Shown piece by piece: positions 1-10,435 of a stretch of DNA of 32,000 nucleotides. Every line of letters starts with the position of its first letter. Position 1 is the stretch's first letter. The stretch lies in NCBI RefSeq assembly GCF_000012545.1, contig NC_007681.1, forward strand, positions 540,001 through 572,000, read 5' to 3'. Source of the stretch: Methanosphaera stadtmanae DSM 3091. Its GTDB lineage: Archaea; Methanobacteriota; Methanobacteria; Methanobacteriales; Methanobacteriaceae. A program made the translations under genes and the position numbers. The notes below the pieces were generated by a model that saw only the letters and a list, made by a program, of their open reading frames with translations, searched no databases and was not told the origin of the DNA.

Positions 1-260
1 TCAACCTTTCAAAACATTCATCCCATATAATAAAAACATGACTTCAAATTAACCACATATTTAGCATATAGTATCATAATAAACGACAAAGAGGGGAAAA
101 ATAGGTGAGAGAAAATGAACAATAAGATAATGATTATTGTATGATGTTATAAAAAATAGTAGTAAAAAGGGAAATGAAAATATAATGTAAAATGCCGAAT
201 TTTACATCACAACTTGAACAAAATTATAAAAGAAAGAAGATATTTAAATTAATTATTATA

Positions 261-1049
261 TTAATTTAAAATGTATGGATTATTTTTAGGATTAAAATAA
301 TCATTAATATTTATCCTAATCTTTTCTTTATATTCTATATTTAATTCATCACAACAATTTAAAATGGAATTTGAAATTTTATAATTATTATTAATTTTTC
401 CTAAATTTTCAAGCATTTTTTTATCTTTAGGATTTATTAATTTTAAAATTTCTTTATTCATATTTAATACTGCTCCAGTTCCATTTAATTGAAAATCATA
501 GTTTTTATTAAGTAACGTATCGTAATGAATAGGAATGAGTTCTTTTGAATTTGAAAAAATTTCATTATATCTTGTTTGGCTATTTTTTTCTATGCGTTCT
601 ACACTTGATTTTAATTTTTGATATTCTTCATAACAACTTTCTTCATCAAACTGACCATTTATATAAAATAGATTAATAACTGTTTGTAAATTATCTTTAA
701 TATTATTATTAATTAATTCTGTCTGGTCTATATTTGTGAATGGATGCATTAATTTGACTTCATCGTAAATATCATCTTTAATTAATGTTACATAATTATT
801 ATTAAATTTATATTTAAATAATTCCCGTTCAATAATCTGTTGTTCTTCATGATTGAGTATAATGTAACGATTATAAAATCTCATAAATAATCTTTCAAAG
901 TAAATTAAATATCTAACAATCTTTTTATTATAAAAACTTGAGATACAATATCCTATCCATGTTTCTATATTTTTTTCAATAGTTAAACCATCACTAGTTT
1001 TAATATCATTAAATGAGTTATTATCCAGTAATTGTATTAAAAATAACAA
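261..1049 (-). CDS. hypothetical protein, no domain recognised
   Basis: 262-codon ORF immediately downstream of, and co-oriented with, the DUF2971 gene. The listed start is a TTG. The frame stays stop-free upstream to about 1180 (43 more codons with no ATG or GTG), so the true 5' end is uncertain. Confidence 0.45.
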   Translation of the reverse strand: MLFLIQLLDNNSFNDIKTSDGLTIEKNIETWIGYCISSFYNKKIVRYLIYFERLFMRFYNRYIILNHEEQQIIERELFKYKFNNNYVTLIKDDIYDEVKLMHPFTNIDQTELINNNIKDNLQTVINLFYINGQFDEESCYEEYQKLKSSVERIEKNSQTRYNEIFSNSKELIPIHYDTLLNKNYDFQLNGTGAVLNMNKEILKLINPKDKKMLENLGKINNNYKISNSILNCCDELNIEYKEKIRININDYFNPKNNPYILN

Positions 1050-1176
1050 TACATTATTGTAATAAGGATATAAAACTGGTGAAATATTATTTTTAAATAA
1101 TAATTCATCTATGAAGAATTGTATCTCATTATTAGTAAGATTTTTAAATGAATCAATAATTCTTGAAAATCCTTTT

Positions 1177-2250
1177 TTAATATCCTATAGATCTCGAATA
1201 ATTAAAATAATTATTAATTAATGATTTACAAGCCTTATTTTTAATAGACTCTACAATAAATAATTCATCTTCCCAATTTTTTTCAGAATATTTTAAAATA
1301 ACATTTTCATAAATTTTAGCATTCCTACTATCTTTTTCCATTTGATAAAGTGAAATTTCTCTTTTTTTACAAATATCAAATATTTTTCGTTTGTTTTCAG
1401 TTGTGATTCTTTTTCCTAAATATATGGCAGAAGGTTTAGGTAATTTAAGAAAATATTTTTCACCAATTTTAATAGCACTTCTTAAAAGAAGTTCCTTATT
1501 AAATAAAATTCGCCACTCTTTTTCATGACTCCACACAGTTTCTTTTCTTAAAAATGGATCAAAAAGGAGTTTAAATGTATTTTCTTCCATATTTGATAAC
1601 TCATCAGTATACTCATAACCATCTTCGTATTTGATAGGAAAACATGAACGTATTATGAAATTTTTAAAATCTTTACTATTATACTTAATACAAATTCCTT
1701 TATTAGAATCAGAATAATAAGACCACATTAATATTATATCATGATTTTCAGAAAAACAAGTTAAATAAACAGTTTTTTTACTATGATTATTAAAATCATC
1801 ATAAATTCCATTCAAAATATCCAAAATCATTTTAGTATTGAATTCATTAAATTCTTCAAAGGGAATATCCTTATTAATTGTAGGTTCGGTTTCATAAATA
1901 TATTCCATTATTTCTAAATAAGGATTATTTGAATTAAGTATTCTTTCTTTTTCTTCAATACTCATTTTTGATCTTTCAAGAAAAGTAGTTATAATGTTAG
2001 GTTCAAGATTTTTATGAAAAACATTTTGAACATCAAAAAATAATTCACCCTCATATAAATCATTTAAATTATTCACATTAGACAAATATATTAAATCATT
2101 TTCTAATAAATCAAAAGTATACCCTTTATCATCAATAGATTTATATTTATAAAGAAAATTTGGTATATTCTTATTTTTTAATTCATGTGCTTTTTTTATA
2201 TTTTTAGTATCATTTGAATAAAATAATTCAAAAAAATCATCAGTCCACAT
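1177..2250 (-). CDS. DUF2971-family protein
   Basis: 357-aa ORF. It carries the pattern I associate with DUF2971: N-terminal 'FLYKYKS...LLENDLIYLSNVNNLNDLYEGE', central 'MWSYYSDSNKGICIKY' and 'HEKEWRIL'. Confidence 0.65.
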   Translation of the reverse strand: MWTDDFFELFYSNDTKNIKKAHELKNKNIPNFLYKYKSIDDKGYTFDLLENDLIYLSNVNNLNDLYEGELFFDVQNVFHKNLEPNIITTFLERSKMSIEEKERILNSNNPYLEIMEYIYETEPTINKDIPFEEFNEFNTKMILDILNGIYDDFNNHSKKTVYLTCFSENHDIILMWSYYSDSNKGICIKYNSKDFKNFIIRSCFPIKYEDGYEYTDELSNMEENTFKLLFDPFLRKETVWSHEKEWRILFNKELLLRSAIKIGEKYFLKLPKPSAIYLGKRITTENKRKIFDICKKREISLYQMEKDSRNAKIYENVILKYSEKNWEDELFIVESIKNKACKSLINNYFNYSRSIGY

Positions 2251-2493
2251 ATTATCATCTATATTTAAAAAAATTTTGTTAGTTATTATATAAAAAGGTG
2301 TATTATTACTATAAATAACAATTTAATCTATTAATATCGTATTTTTATAATTTATTTTCTAAATCAGTTAAATTTAAATAGATAATAGATAAAATAAAGA
2401 GGGGAAATTAATATTTTAAATATTATAAAATAGACACAAGTCTAACTATTTAATAAAATTTTTATTAATAAACATTTCTAAATTTTGTATATA

Positions 2494-5400
2494 TTAATAA
2501 TATTTATCTAAAAATCCTAGCCCTTCTTTTTTGATTTGTGAAAAAGGAATTATATCAATAGGATTTTTCTTTAAATAAATTATAGGTAACTCTTCAGATA
2601 CAATAAACATTGAAAATATTTTATAATTTTTTAAATTATTTCCTATTTTATCACCTAATTTATCGAAATTATTTTTTATCCAATCTTCTCTTCTTTGATG
2701 TTTTTTAATCCAGTTTTTATCATCAAAAAATCTTTCTATTTCATGTATAATCTCACGAGGATTTCGAGCACTTTCAATATTTTTACATTCAATTGAAAAT
2801 AATCGTTGTTTATCCTTATCTAATAATAAAATATCAATATCTCCATATTTCGGCTCAACTTTTACAATTTTATCTATTTGTACGTTAGATTCTAATTTAT
2901 AATTAAATTTTTTTGATAAATTGAGATTATCTGCAAACCATTTAAAAACGATTTCATTAAATTCTTTTCCTTTTTTATCAATCATTTTGCTAATTAAAGA
3001 AGTAAATTTTTTGGAAGAATTATTTGTTTTATAGACTCCTTTAGTAATTAAATTTATTAAATTTAAACCAGAATGATAAACATTTCTAAAACCATAAATA
3101 ACCGTTTCATTTTTGTCATTTTTAATAATTAATGGTTTTAGATAATAAGATAAAGACCTTCTAAAAACCCAGGGATAAATATCATTTTCAGAATAACCTT
3201 CCGGTGGTATCTCCCATCTATCACGATATTTTAATGAAAAATTATCTATTGCATATGAAGATTTATTATATTCCCAGTTTAATTCACATTTTAAATGATT
3301 TATTAAATTAGATTTTGAAATAAAAACAATATCTTCTTCATTTTTTTGAGCTAAACTTATCAAAGCATATACAAAATCAGCATATTCTGTTAAAGTTATA
3401 TCAAATTCTGATTTAAATGCTTCATCTAATTCATCACTTGGTTTTTCTTCAATATTACTTTTACTATCAATATTTGTAGAAAAATTATTTATATGTTCTA
3501 ATGATTTATTATTTCTAAAAGTATCAAAAATTTCTCCTAAATTAGTTTTTATACCAAAACGATTTGATTCTAAAGGCGTAATCTCAAAATCTATATAATC
3601 TGAATTTATATAATCGCTATTGAATGTCCATTCAATATAATTATAAGTTAAAGCCATTAAAGTATCAAAATTTTCATTTGATATTTTTACTTTACTATTA
3701 AAATTTTGTTCTGCAGACAATATTTCTATTAAAATTCTAGTACTTATTGATAGTTTATCCAACTCATAATCATCAGAAACAATGTCTTGTATAACACTAG
3801 AATTGTCTTTATTATTAAAATAATAATATAAATTATTAACTGAAGATATAGATCTATTAAATAAAATATTTTCATAATTTAAAATTAATTTTTTTATAAG
3901 ATTATCCCAATCATATTTCACTATCTCTTTTTTTATACATTCTATAAAATAATTTACAATTTGGTGACTTAATTCAACTGATTCTTTTTTAGTTAATTTT
4001 TGATTATAATCAAACTTGCATTGGATTTTTGTTACTAAGTCATTCATTAATAATTGTATATTATGTTCTTGCAATAATCTTATTGGAGTTTTTACAGGAA
4101 TATTATTAATATCTTCTAAATCATATATTAAAATATATTTTTTCAAACCCAAAGACAATTCTTTATGGATAATTTTAAGTATTCTTTCCGGTGTAAATTT
4201 ATTTTCTAAATTATTTTTTTCTAATAAAGTTCCAAATAATTTTAAAATTTCATTCATTAAAAGTAAATCTGCTTCATTATTTTTTTGATTTGAAATAATT
4301 ATTAAATTTTTACTTATTGTGAAATTAATTTCAAATTTGGACACATGACTAGAAATAATTATATTATCTTTCATTTGATTAGTTATTTCACTATTTAAAT
4401 CTAAATTATTCTCTTCAAGATTAAACGAAATAAAAATAGGTTTTTCTTTTAGTAGTTTTAAATCTTTATAAATTTCATCACCAAATTGGCAAAGCCAGAA
4501 ACAAATCGCTTTAGCTATATCAGATTCAAAATTATTTTCACATTTTACCCAAATATTTTGATTTATTATTTTCGTTAAAAATAAATTAGAATAAGCTATA
4601 TACACAAAATCATTAATTTTATTTACATTAATTAAATTATTTTCATATATTTCTAAATGTGAATCTTTATCTTTAATAGCTTTTATTCTTAATTTTTTAG
4701 TAAAATCTGCTGTAAAATCAAATGTTAATAAAGTGGAATCAATTTTTCTATCATCCATATAAAAAGAATGGTTATTATCAATATAAAAACTAAAGATATT
4801 TAAAAAACTGCATCCAAAAATATTACTATTTTTTAACAAATTTGCAAATTTATAAAGTATCAAACTATCATAATTTCCAGAATTAACTAATATCTCAAAT
4901 TCTTCAGTATTAATTATTAAATCATTTTCAGATATTTCTGTAACATACGATCTTCCAGACATACCGACAAATAAAATTATTAATAGATCCCCGTTTAAGA
5001 AATTAGATTTAGATAGATGTTTCTTAACTATTTTTATTCTATTTTTTATTATAAATTTATAATTTAAATCTATCCTTTCACAAGGCCCATTTTTATCATA
5101 ATCCTTTAAATTATCATTAATTAGAATACAATAAGTTAACTTATCAGTATCTATTTTAAAAATTTTATCTTTGAATATTGTATTTTCCCATTTAGGTAGT
5201 TCATAATTTAAATCTTCAAACTGTAATTTATTTTTTAAATTTAACAAAATATTTGACCATAAATAATTCTGATATTTTGATATAAAGTTCTTTTTTTCAT
5301 TATATTTAATTATATTTGATAAAATATTATGCCTAAGTGAAATAGTTAATAATTGGGGATAAATAAGATAAGTATCATCGATTTTTATTATAGGATAGGT

Positions 5401-6246
5401 GAATAAAGGATTTTTGTATATATTTTCTGAATACATTACCTCTTCAAGAGTTTTTTCATTAAAATTTTTATAAAAATCATTTTCATTAAAGATAATATTC
5501 ATAAAACATTTATCACCTATTTCAATAATAAAATCATCGCATATCATTTCTTTAATGTTGATTGAATTCTTAAAAACTTTTAATTTGTTAATATCAAATG
5601 TAACACATTTTTTTAGATTATTTAATTCATTAATATTAGGAAAAAGGATTTCTTCTCTAAATCTGTTATCAAAAACTTCATAACGTTCATGTCCTGATTT
5701 TTTAGCAATAAAATCACTTAAATATAAGATAAATTTTGAATTTTGATAAAAAAGTTCCATAAATTCATCAGAAAAACTAGAAGAATTATATTGAATACAA
5801 TTAATTATATTCTGTAATATATGATACTCAGTTGTAGATGGCCCTGAAAATATAATATTATTTTTATAGAATTCAATGTTGTTTGTAAATAAATTATCTA
5901 TAGGATCTTCTAACAAACCGATTGGCCCTTTTGAAGGAAGATATTTTAGAAATAATTCATTTAGTTCTTTTATTGAAATATCTCTGTTTCCACATTGAGT
6001 GTTTGAGCAGGCAATTTGTGTAGCTACTTCAAGTCGAACATATTGGGACTGATTTTCCGGACATAGGGATAATGCTACTAATGTTTTAATTAATTCTTTC
6101 TGATTATATTTAGAAAATTCTTCTCGTAACATTTTTAAAGCATTATTTGGAAGATTATTTAGATAATTATCTTTTTTTAAACAACATTTTTTATATTTTT
6201 TTCCACTACCACAGTAGCAAGGGTCATTTCTACCAATTTTCATCAT
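2494..6246 (-). CDS. large SEC-C-motif protein with C-terminal PD-(D/E)xK (NERD/restriction-endonuclease-like) signature
   Basis: Uninterrupted 1250-aa ORF. The N-terminus 'GRNDPCYCGSGKKYKKCC' is a SEC-C zinc motif. The C-terminal 'GDIDILLLD-x11-SIECKN' fits a D...ExK nuclease core. I saw no Walker A or NTPase motif. Confidence 0.75.
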   Translation of the reverse strand: MMKIGRNDPCYCGSGKKYKKCCLKKDNYLNNLPNNALKMLREEFSKYNQKELIKTLVALSLCPENQSQYVRLEVATQIACSNTQCGNRDISIKELNELFLKYLPSKGPIGLLEDPIDNLFTNNIEFYKNNIIFSGPSTTEYHILQNIINCIQYNSSSFSDEFMELFYQNSKFILYLSDFIAKKSGHERYEVFDNRFREEILFPNINELNNLKKCVTFDINKLKVFKNSINIKEMICDDFIIEIGDKCFMNIIFNENDFYKNFNEKTLEEVMYSENIYKNPLFTYPIIKIDDTYLIYPQLLTISLRHNILSNIIKYNEKKNFISKYQNYLWSNILLNLKNKLQFEDLNYELPKWENTIFKDKIFKIDTDKLTYCILINDNLKDYDKNGPCERIDLNYKFIIKNRIKIVKKHLSKSNFLNGDLLIILFVGMSGRSYVTEISENDLIINTEEFEILVNSGNYDSLILYKFANLLKNSNIFGCSFLNIFSFYIDNNHSFYMDDRKIDSTLLTFDFTADFTKKLRIKAIKDKDSHLEIYENNLINVNKINDFVYIAYSNLFLTKIINQNIWVKCENNFESDIAKAICFWLCQFGDEIYKDLKLLKEKPIFISFNLEENNLDLNSEITNQMKDNIIISSHVSKFEINFTISKNLIIISNQKNNEADLLLMNEILKLFGTLLEKNNLENKFTPERILKIIHKELSLGLKKYILIYDLEDINNIPVKTPIRLLQEHNIQLLMNDLVTKIQCKFDYNQKLTKKESVELSHQIVNYFIECIKKEIVKYDWDNLIKKLILNYENILFNRSISSVNNLYYYFNNKDNSSVIQDIVSDDYELDKLSISTRILIEILSAEQNFNSKVKISNENFDTLMALTYNYIEWTFNSDYINSDYIDFEITPLESNRFGIKTNLGEIFDTFRNNKSLEHINNFSTNIDSKSNIEEKPSDELDEAFKSEFDITLTEYADFVYALISLAQKNEEDIVFISKSNLINHLKCELNWEYNKSSYAIDNFSLKYRDRWEIPPEGYSENDIYPWVFRRSLSYYLKPLIIKNDKNETVIYGFRNVYHSGLNLINLITKGVYKTNNSSKKFTSLISKMIDKKGKEFNEIVFKWFADNLNLSKKFNYKLESNVQIDKIVKVEPKYGDIDILLLDKDKQRLFSIECKNIESARNPREIIHEIERFFDDKNWIKKHQRREDWIKNNFDKLGDKIGNNLKNYKIFSMFIVSEELPIIYLKKNPIDIIPFSQIKKEGLGFLDKYY

Positions 6247-6354
6247 ATCAACAACCTATTTTTTAAAGAAATGAAAACATTAATCAATAATAATTGATTA
6301 TATTAAAAATGTTTCTTTTATTATTTGTACTGAAAAAAATCAAATCATGATAAA

Positions 6355-6876
6355 TTATTTATTCAAAATTTCATCTTTCAACTTTTTAAAATCTTTATCA
6401 TTTATTACGGGTTTACCTTTTAGTTCAATTTCTTTATTAACATTAGCAAAAACCATACCTCTTGATCTACCACAATAAACTGGTTCATCCAATTCATACA
6501 CTCTAAGTAACCAGATATTAGCATTTTTAGTATTAAAGTATCCTGAAACGTGTTTTTTAGTCCATATATGATAATTATTAAACTTACCAATACGACTTAC
6601 AGGTGTTTCAAAGACATCTTCTACTGTAGCATAATATTTAACTTCATATGATTTATCTTCAACGTTTGGTAATGTATTTTTCTTAACAAAATCTTTTTCT
6701 GATTCCTTAAAAGAATCAAGATAATCCTCTTTGTTTGCATAACTAACCATGGGATAAAGTAGGAATTCTTTTAGCGTTGTACTGTTTTTTCTTATAAGTA
6801 TTGTTTGTTTTCCTTGTCCTAATGCTTCTACTGTAGCATTCCAATCATTAAGACATTTAGTAATTTTTACCATCAA
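6355..6876 (-). CDS. DUF1802-like / ASCH-PUA-like small protein
   Basis: 173-aa ORF 108 bp upstream of, and co-oriented with, the SEC-C gene. The N-terminal 'LNDWNATVEALGQGKQTILIRK' (G-x-K-x-T-x-x-x-R style beta-barrel opening) and the later 'IWLLRVYELDEPV' match my memory of DUF1802. The fold assignment is an inference. Confidence 0.55.
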   Translation of the reverse strand: MMVKITKCLNDWNATVEALGQGKQTILIRKNSTTLKEFLLYPMVSYANKEDYLDSFKESEKDFVKKNTLPNVEDKSYEVKYYATVEDVFETPVSRIGKFNNYHIWTKKHVSGYFNTKNANIWLLRVYELDEPVYCGRSRGMVFANVNKEIELKGKPVINDKDFKKLKDEILNK

Positions 6877-6962
6877 TATACACCTAATTAATAAATATGA
6901 TTTTATCTTATTAATCCCTTTTTACAACTATTTTTCCCTAAACACGGTTAATGTAAATATTC

Positions 6963-6975
6963 TATACACTGTATA
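6963..6975. promoter_or_regulatory. 13-bp perfect palindrome TATACA-C-TGTATA next to a TATA-like box, candidate operator
   Basis: Lies in the divergent intergenic region between the DUF1802-like gene and the RHH ORF. An 'atataaaat' TATA-like box follows at about 6981, roughly 45 bp upstream of the RHH ATG. Confidence 0.3.
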
Positions 6976-7027
6976 CAATTATATAAAATAAGAGATATAT
7001 GTAATAATTACGAAAGAAGTGATTTTT

Positions 7028-7180
7028 ATGAATAAAAGCACTACTATAAGAATTTCTATAGACAATAAAAAGAGATTAAATGAAATAGGTAACGTAAACG
7101 ATAGTTACAATAGTGTAATTTCGAAACTCTTAGACGAATATGATAAAAATAAAATATTACGGAAAAAAGGACAGTTATAA
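7028..7180 (+). CDS. small ribbon-helix-helix (CopG/Arc-like) putative transcriptional regulator
   Basis: 50-codon ORF not in the supplied track: MNKSTTIRISIDNKKRLNEIGNVNDSYNSVISKLLDEYDKNKILRKKGQL. It has a beta-strand ('TIRISID') then a two-helix pattern typical of RHH. It ends 14 nt before the helicase ATG. Confidence 0.5.
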   Translation: MNKSTTIRISIDNKKRLNEIGNVNDSYNSVISKLLDEYDKNKILRKKGQL

Positions 7181-7194
7181 TCTATGGTGATTAT

Positions 7195-10100
7195 ATGAAA
7201 CCTCCAAAATCGTTAAACAATAAAAATCAAGATACTGTTTTCAACGAATTAAATGAATACTTAACATTTAATTCTAGATTATCTGTTATAAGTGGTTCTT
7301 TCAGTATTTATGCATATAATAAATTAAAAAATAAGTTAAATGATATTGATAATATGCGTTTTATATTCACAGAACCATCTTTTATTAAAAACAAAGATAA
7401 CACAGAAACTCGTGAATATGAAATAAAAGATATTTCTAAAGATATTTTTGGAAACAAATATGAATTAAGACTAAAAAATGAAATGACACAAGGTGCAATC
7501 ACACGTGAATGTGCCGAATGGATAAAAGATAAAGTTGAAGTGAAAAGCTATATCAATTCTAATCCAGCGTATCCTAGAATGATACACTTAGGAAATAAAG
7601 AAGATGAAAAATGTATTAGTATTAATGGAACTGTTGATTTTACTAGTGATGGTCTAGGAATTACACCATCCAATAGACAAGACAATAATACATGTATGTA
7701 TGGTAAAACATGGACAGACAGCCAATTAATGATATTTGAACAACAATGGAACGATACCCAATTAGTAGAAGATGTTAAAGATGAATTTCTTAAGCATTTA
7801 CAGACCATGTATGCAGAAAATTCACCAGAATTCATATACTATTATAGCATGTACCATTTATTCAATGATTACTTACATAACACAGATAAAAATACATTAC
7901 CTAAGACAGAAACAGGGTTTAAAGAAACAAAAATATGGAATACTTTATATAAGTTTCAACAAGATGCAGTAATGGGTGCAATTGATAAAATTGAAAAATA
8001 TAATGGTTGTATAATTGCAGATAGTGTAGGATTAGGAAAAACATATACTGCCTTAGCCATTATGAAATATTATCAACTAAGAAACGATCGTATACTAGTG
8101 CTAGTTCCTAAAAAATTAAGAGACAACTGGACAGTATACATAAAAAATGATAACGTAATATTTTTTTAATGAAGACCGATTTAATTATGATGTGTTAAAT
8201 CATACAGACCTTAGCAGATACAAAGGAAAAAGTGGAGATATTGACCTAAAAACATTAAATTGGGGTAACTATGACTTAGTAGTAATTGATGAATCACACA
8301 ATTTCCGTAATAATCCACAATATAAAGATAAAACAACACGATATCAACGATTAATGAATGAAATTATAAAAAGTGGAGTAAAAACCAAAGTTCTCATGTT
8401 ATCAGCAACACCTGTAAACAACAAAATGACTGATATAAAAAATCAAATCGCACTTATCACAGAAGAACATGATGATGCCTTAACCCACATAGGAATTAAC
8501 AGCATAGATTCAACGCTTAGAACAGCACAAAAAGTATTCAATGAATGGAGTAAATTAGATGCAGAAGAACGAACTACTGAAAACTTCACAAACAAAGTAA
8601 ATACAGACTATTTCAAGCTATTAGATACACTCACTATAGCACGTAGCCGTAAACATATCTTAAAATATTATGATGATAAAGAAATAGGAACATTTCCAAC
8701 AAAACTAGAACCAGAAAATGTAAGATCAGAAATTGACATCAAAAATGAATTCCCTTCAATCAAAGAAATTGATGCTATAATCAATAACCTAAATTTAAGT
8801 GTATATTCACCAGTTAAATACATCCTACCAAACAAAATACAAGAATATACAGAAATACTTGACCAAGAAGTTAAAGGTGGAACTTCAACATTCACCCAAT
8901 TAGATCGTGACACGAATATTGTCCATCTTATGAGAACCAGTCTACTAAAACGTCTGGAAAGTTCAATATACTCATTCAAGAAAACTGTACAAAAAACGCT
9001 TAACAAAATAAACTACTGCTTAACGTTAACAACAAACAGTGTCAATTATGTTAGTGGAATTGATGAAGATTTGTTGGACTCTGAAGAAGAATATGAAGAA
9101 TATAGTTTTGGACAAAATAAAACAAAAACCATTAAATTACAAGATATGGATTTAATACGATGGAAAAAAGACCTAGAAACAGACAAACAACAACTAGAAG
9201 AATTATTAAAAGATGCAGAACAAATAACAGCCCAACGTGACCAAAAATTACACAACTTAAAACAAAAAATAGACGAGAAAATTAACAACCCCATAAACAA
9301 AGACAATAAGAAAATAATCATATTCACAACATACGCAAATACGGCAGAATACCTATATGACAACCTTCATAAAGAAATAAAAGAAAAATACAATCTAAAC
9401 ACAGCATTAGTAACAGGAGGACATAAAAATAAAACTACAATGAAAAAAGTATCTGCAAATGATATAAACGATGTACTATTAAATTTCTCACCAAAATCCA
9501 AAGAAAGAGAAAAAATAGAACCAGAAAAAACAGAAGAAATAGACATACTAATCGCTACTGACTGTATCAGTGAAGGGCAAAACTTACAAGACTGTGATTA
9601 CTTAATAAACTATGACATACATTGGAATCCTGTAAGAATCATACAAAGATTCGGAAGAATCGACCGTATAGGTTCAGCAAACAAAGAAATACAACTAGTA
9701 AACTTCTGGCCAGACTTAGAACTAGACGAATACATAGATTTAAAAGAAAGAGTAGAAAATCGTATGGTAATGGTAAACGTTTCAGCAACAGGAGACGAAA
9801 ACTTACTAGATAAAAACAAAAAACATGAACTAGAATACAGACGAAAACAACTACAACAACTACAAGACCAAGTAATAGAACTAGAAGACATAAGCGGTGG
9901 AATCTCAATAACAGACTTAACCTTCAACGACTTCAAAATAGAATTAATGGAATACAAAGACAAAAATGAAAAAGAACTAGAAAAAACACCAAACGGAACC
10001 TACTCTATTGTAAAAATACCGTCAGAACTAGAAAATGAACTACAAAAAGGAGTGATATTCCTACTAAAAGAAACAAAAACAACAAACCAAGAAAACCCAT

Positions 10101-10435
10101 TAAGCCCATACTATTTAACATACATCACAGAAGACAAAACAGTAGAATACAATTACACGCAATCTAAAAAAATAATGGACTACTATAAAAAACTATGCTC
10201 AGGTAAAACAGAAGTATATCAGGACCTAGTACAAATATTCAACAAAGAAACCAGAAATGGTATAAAAATGGATAAATATTCAGAACTATTACGACTAGCC
10301 ATAGAAAATACGCAAGGAAAAACAGAAGAAGTAGGAGTAAAAAGCCTATTCAGAAGAGGACCAACAACGCGCACAAAAAAAGATATTAATGGATTAGAAA
10401 ATTATGAATTAATAACATTCTTAATATTGATGTGA
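7195..10435 (+). pseudogene. SNF2-family helicase with N-terminal degenerate PLD-like domain, split into two ORFs (7195-8169 and 8159/8192-10435) by a frameshift in a T7 run
   Basis: GGTGAT RBS before ATG 7195. Motif I 'ADSVGLGKTYTALA' lies in ORF 1. Motif II 'VVIDESHNFRN', 'LMLSATPVNN' and 'SEGQNLQDCDYLINYDIHWNPVRIIQRFGRIDRIGS' lie in ORF 2. Removing one T from T7 (8161-8167) fuses the frames as ...NDNVIFFNEDRFNYDVLNHTDLS... The N-terminal 'IHLGNKEDEKCISINGTVDFTSDGLG' resembles an HKD/PLD motif with K replaced by G. Confidence 0.8.

Noticed and set aside
4016-4288. Antisense or overlapping short ORFs inside large genes. This one, plus 7308-7835, 8668-9963, 19759-21738, 22917-24298, 27614-27829, 29087-29728 and 30460-31288.
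   Set aside because: All are embedded opposite or out of frame in genes with strong motif support. They have low-complexity, hydrophobic or odd composition and lack RBSs. They are expected by chance in AT-rich DNA on the strand opposite A-rich coding sequence.
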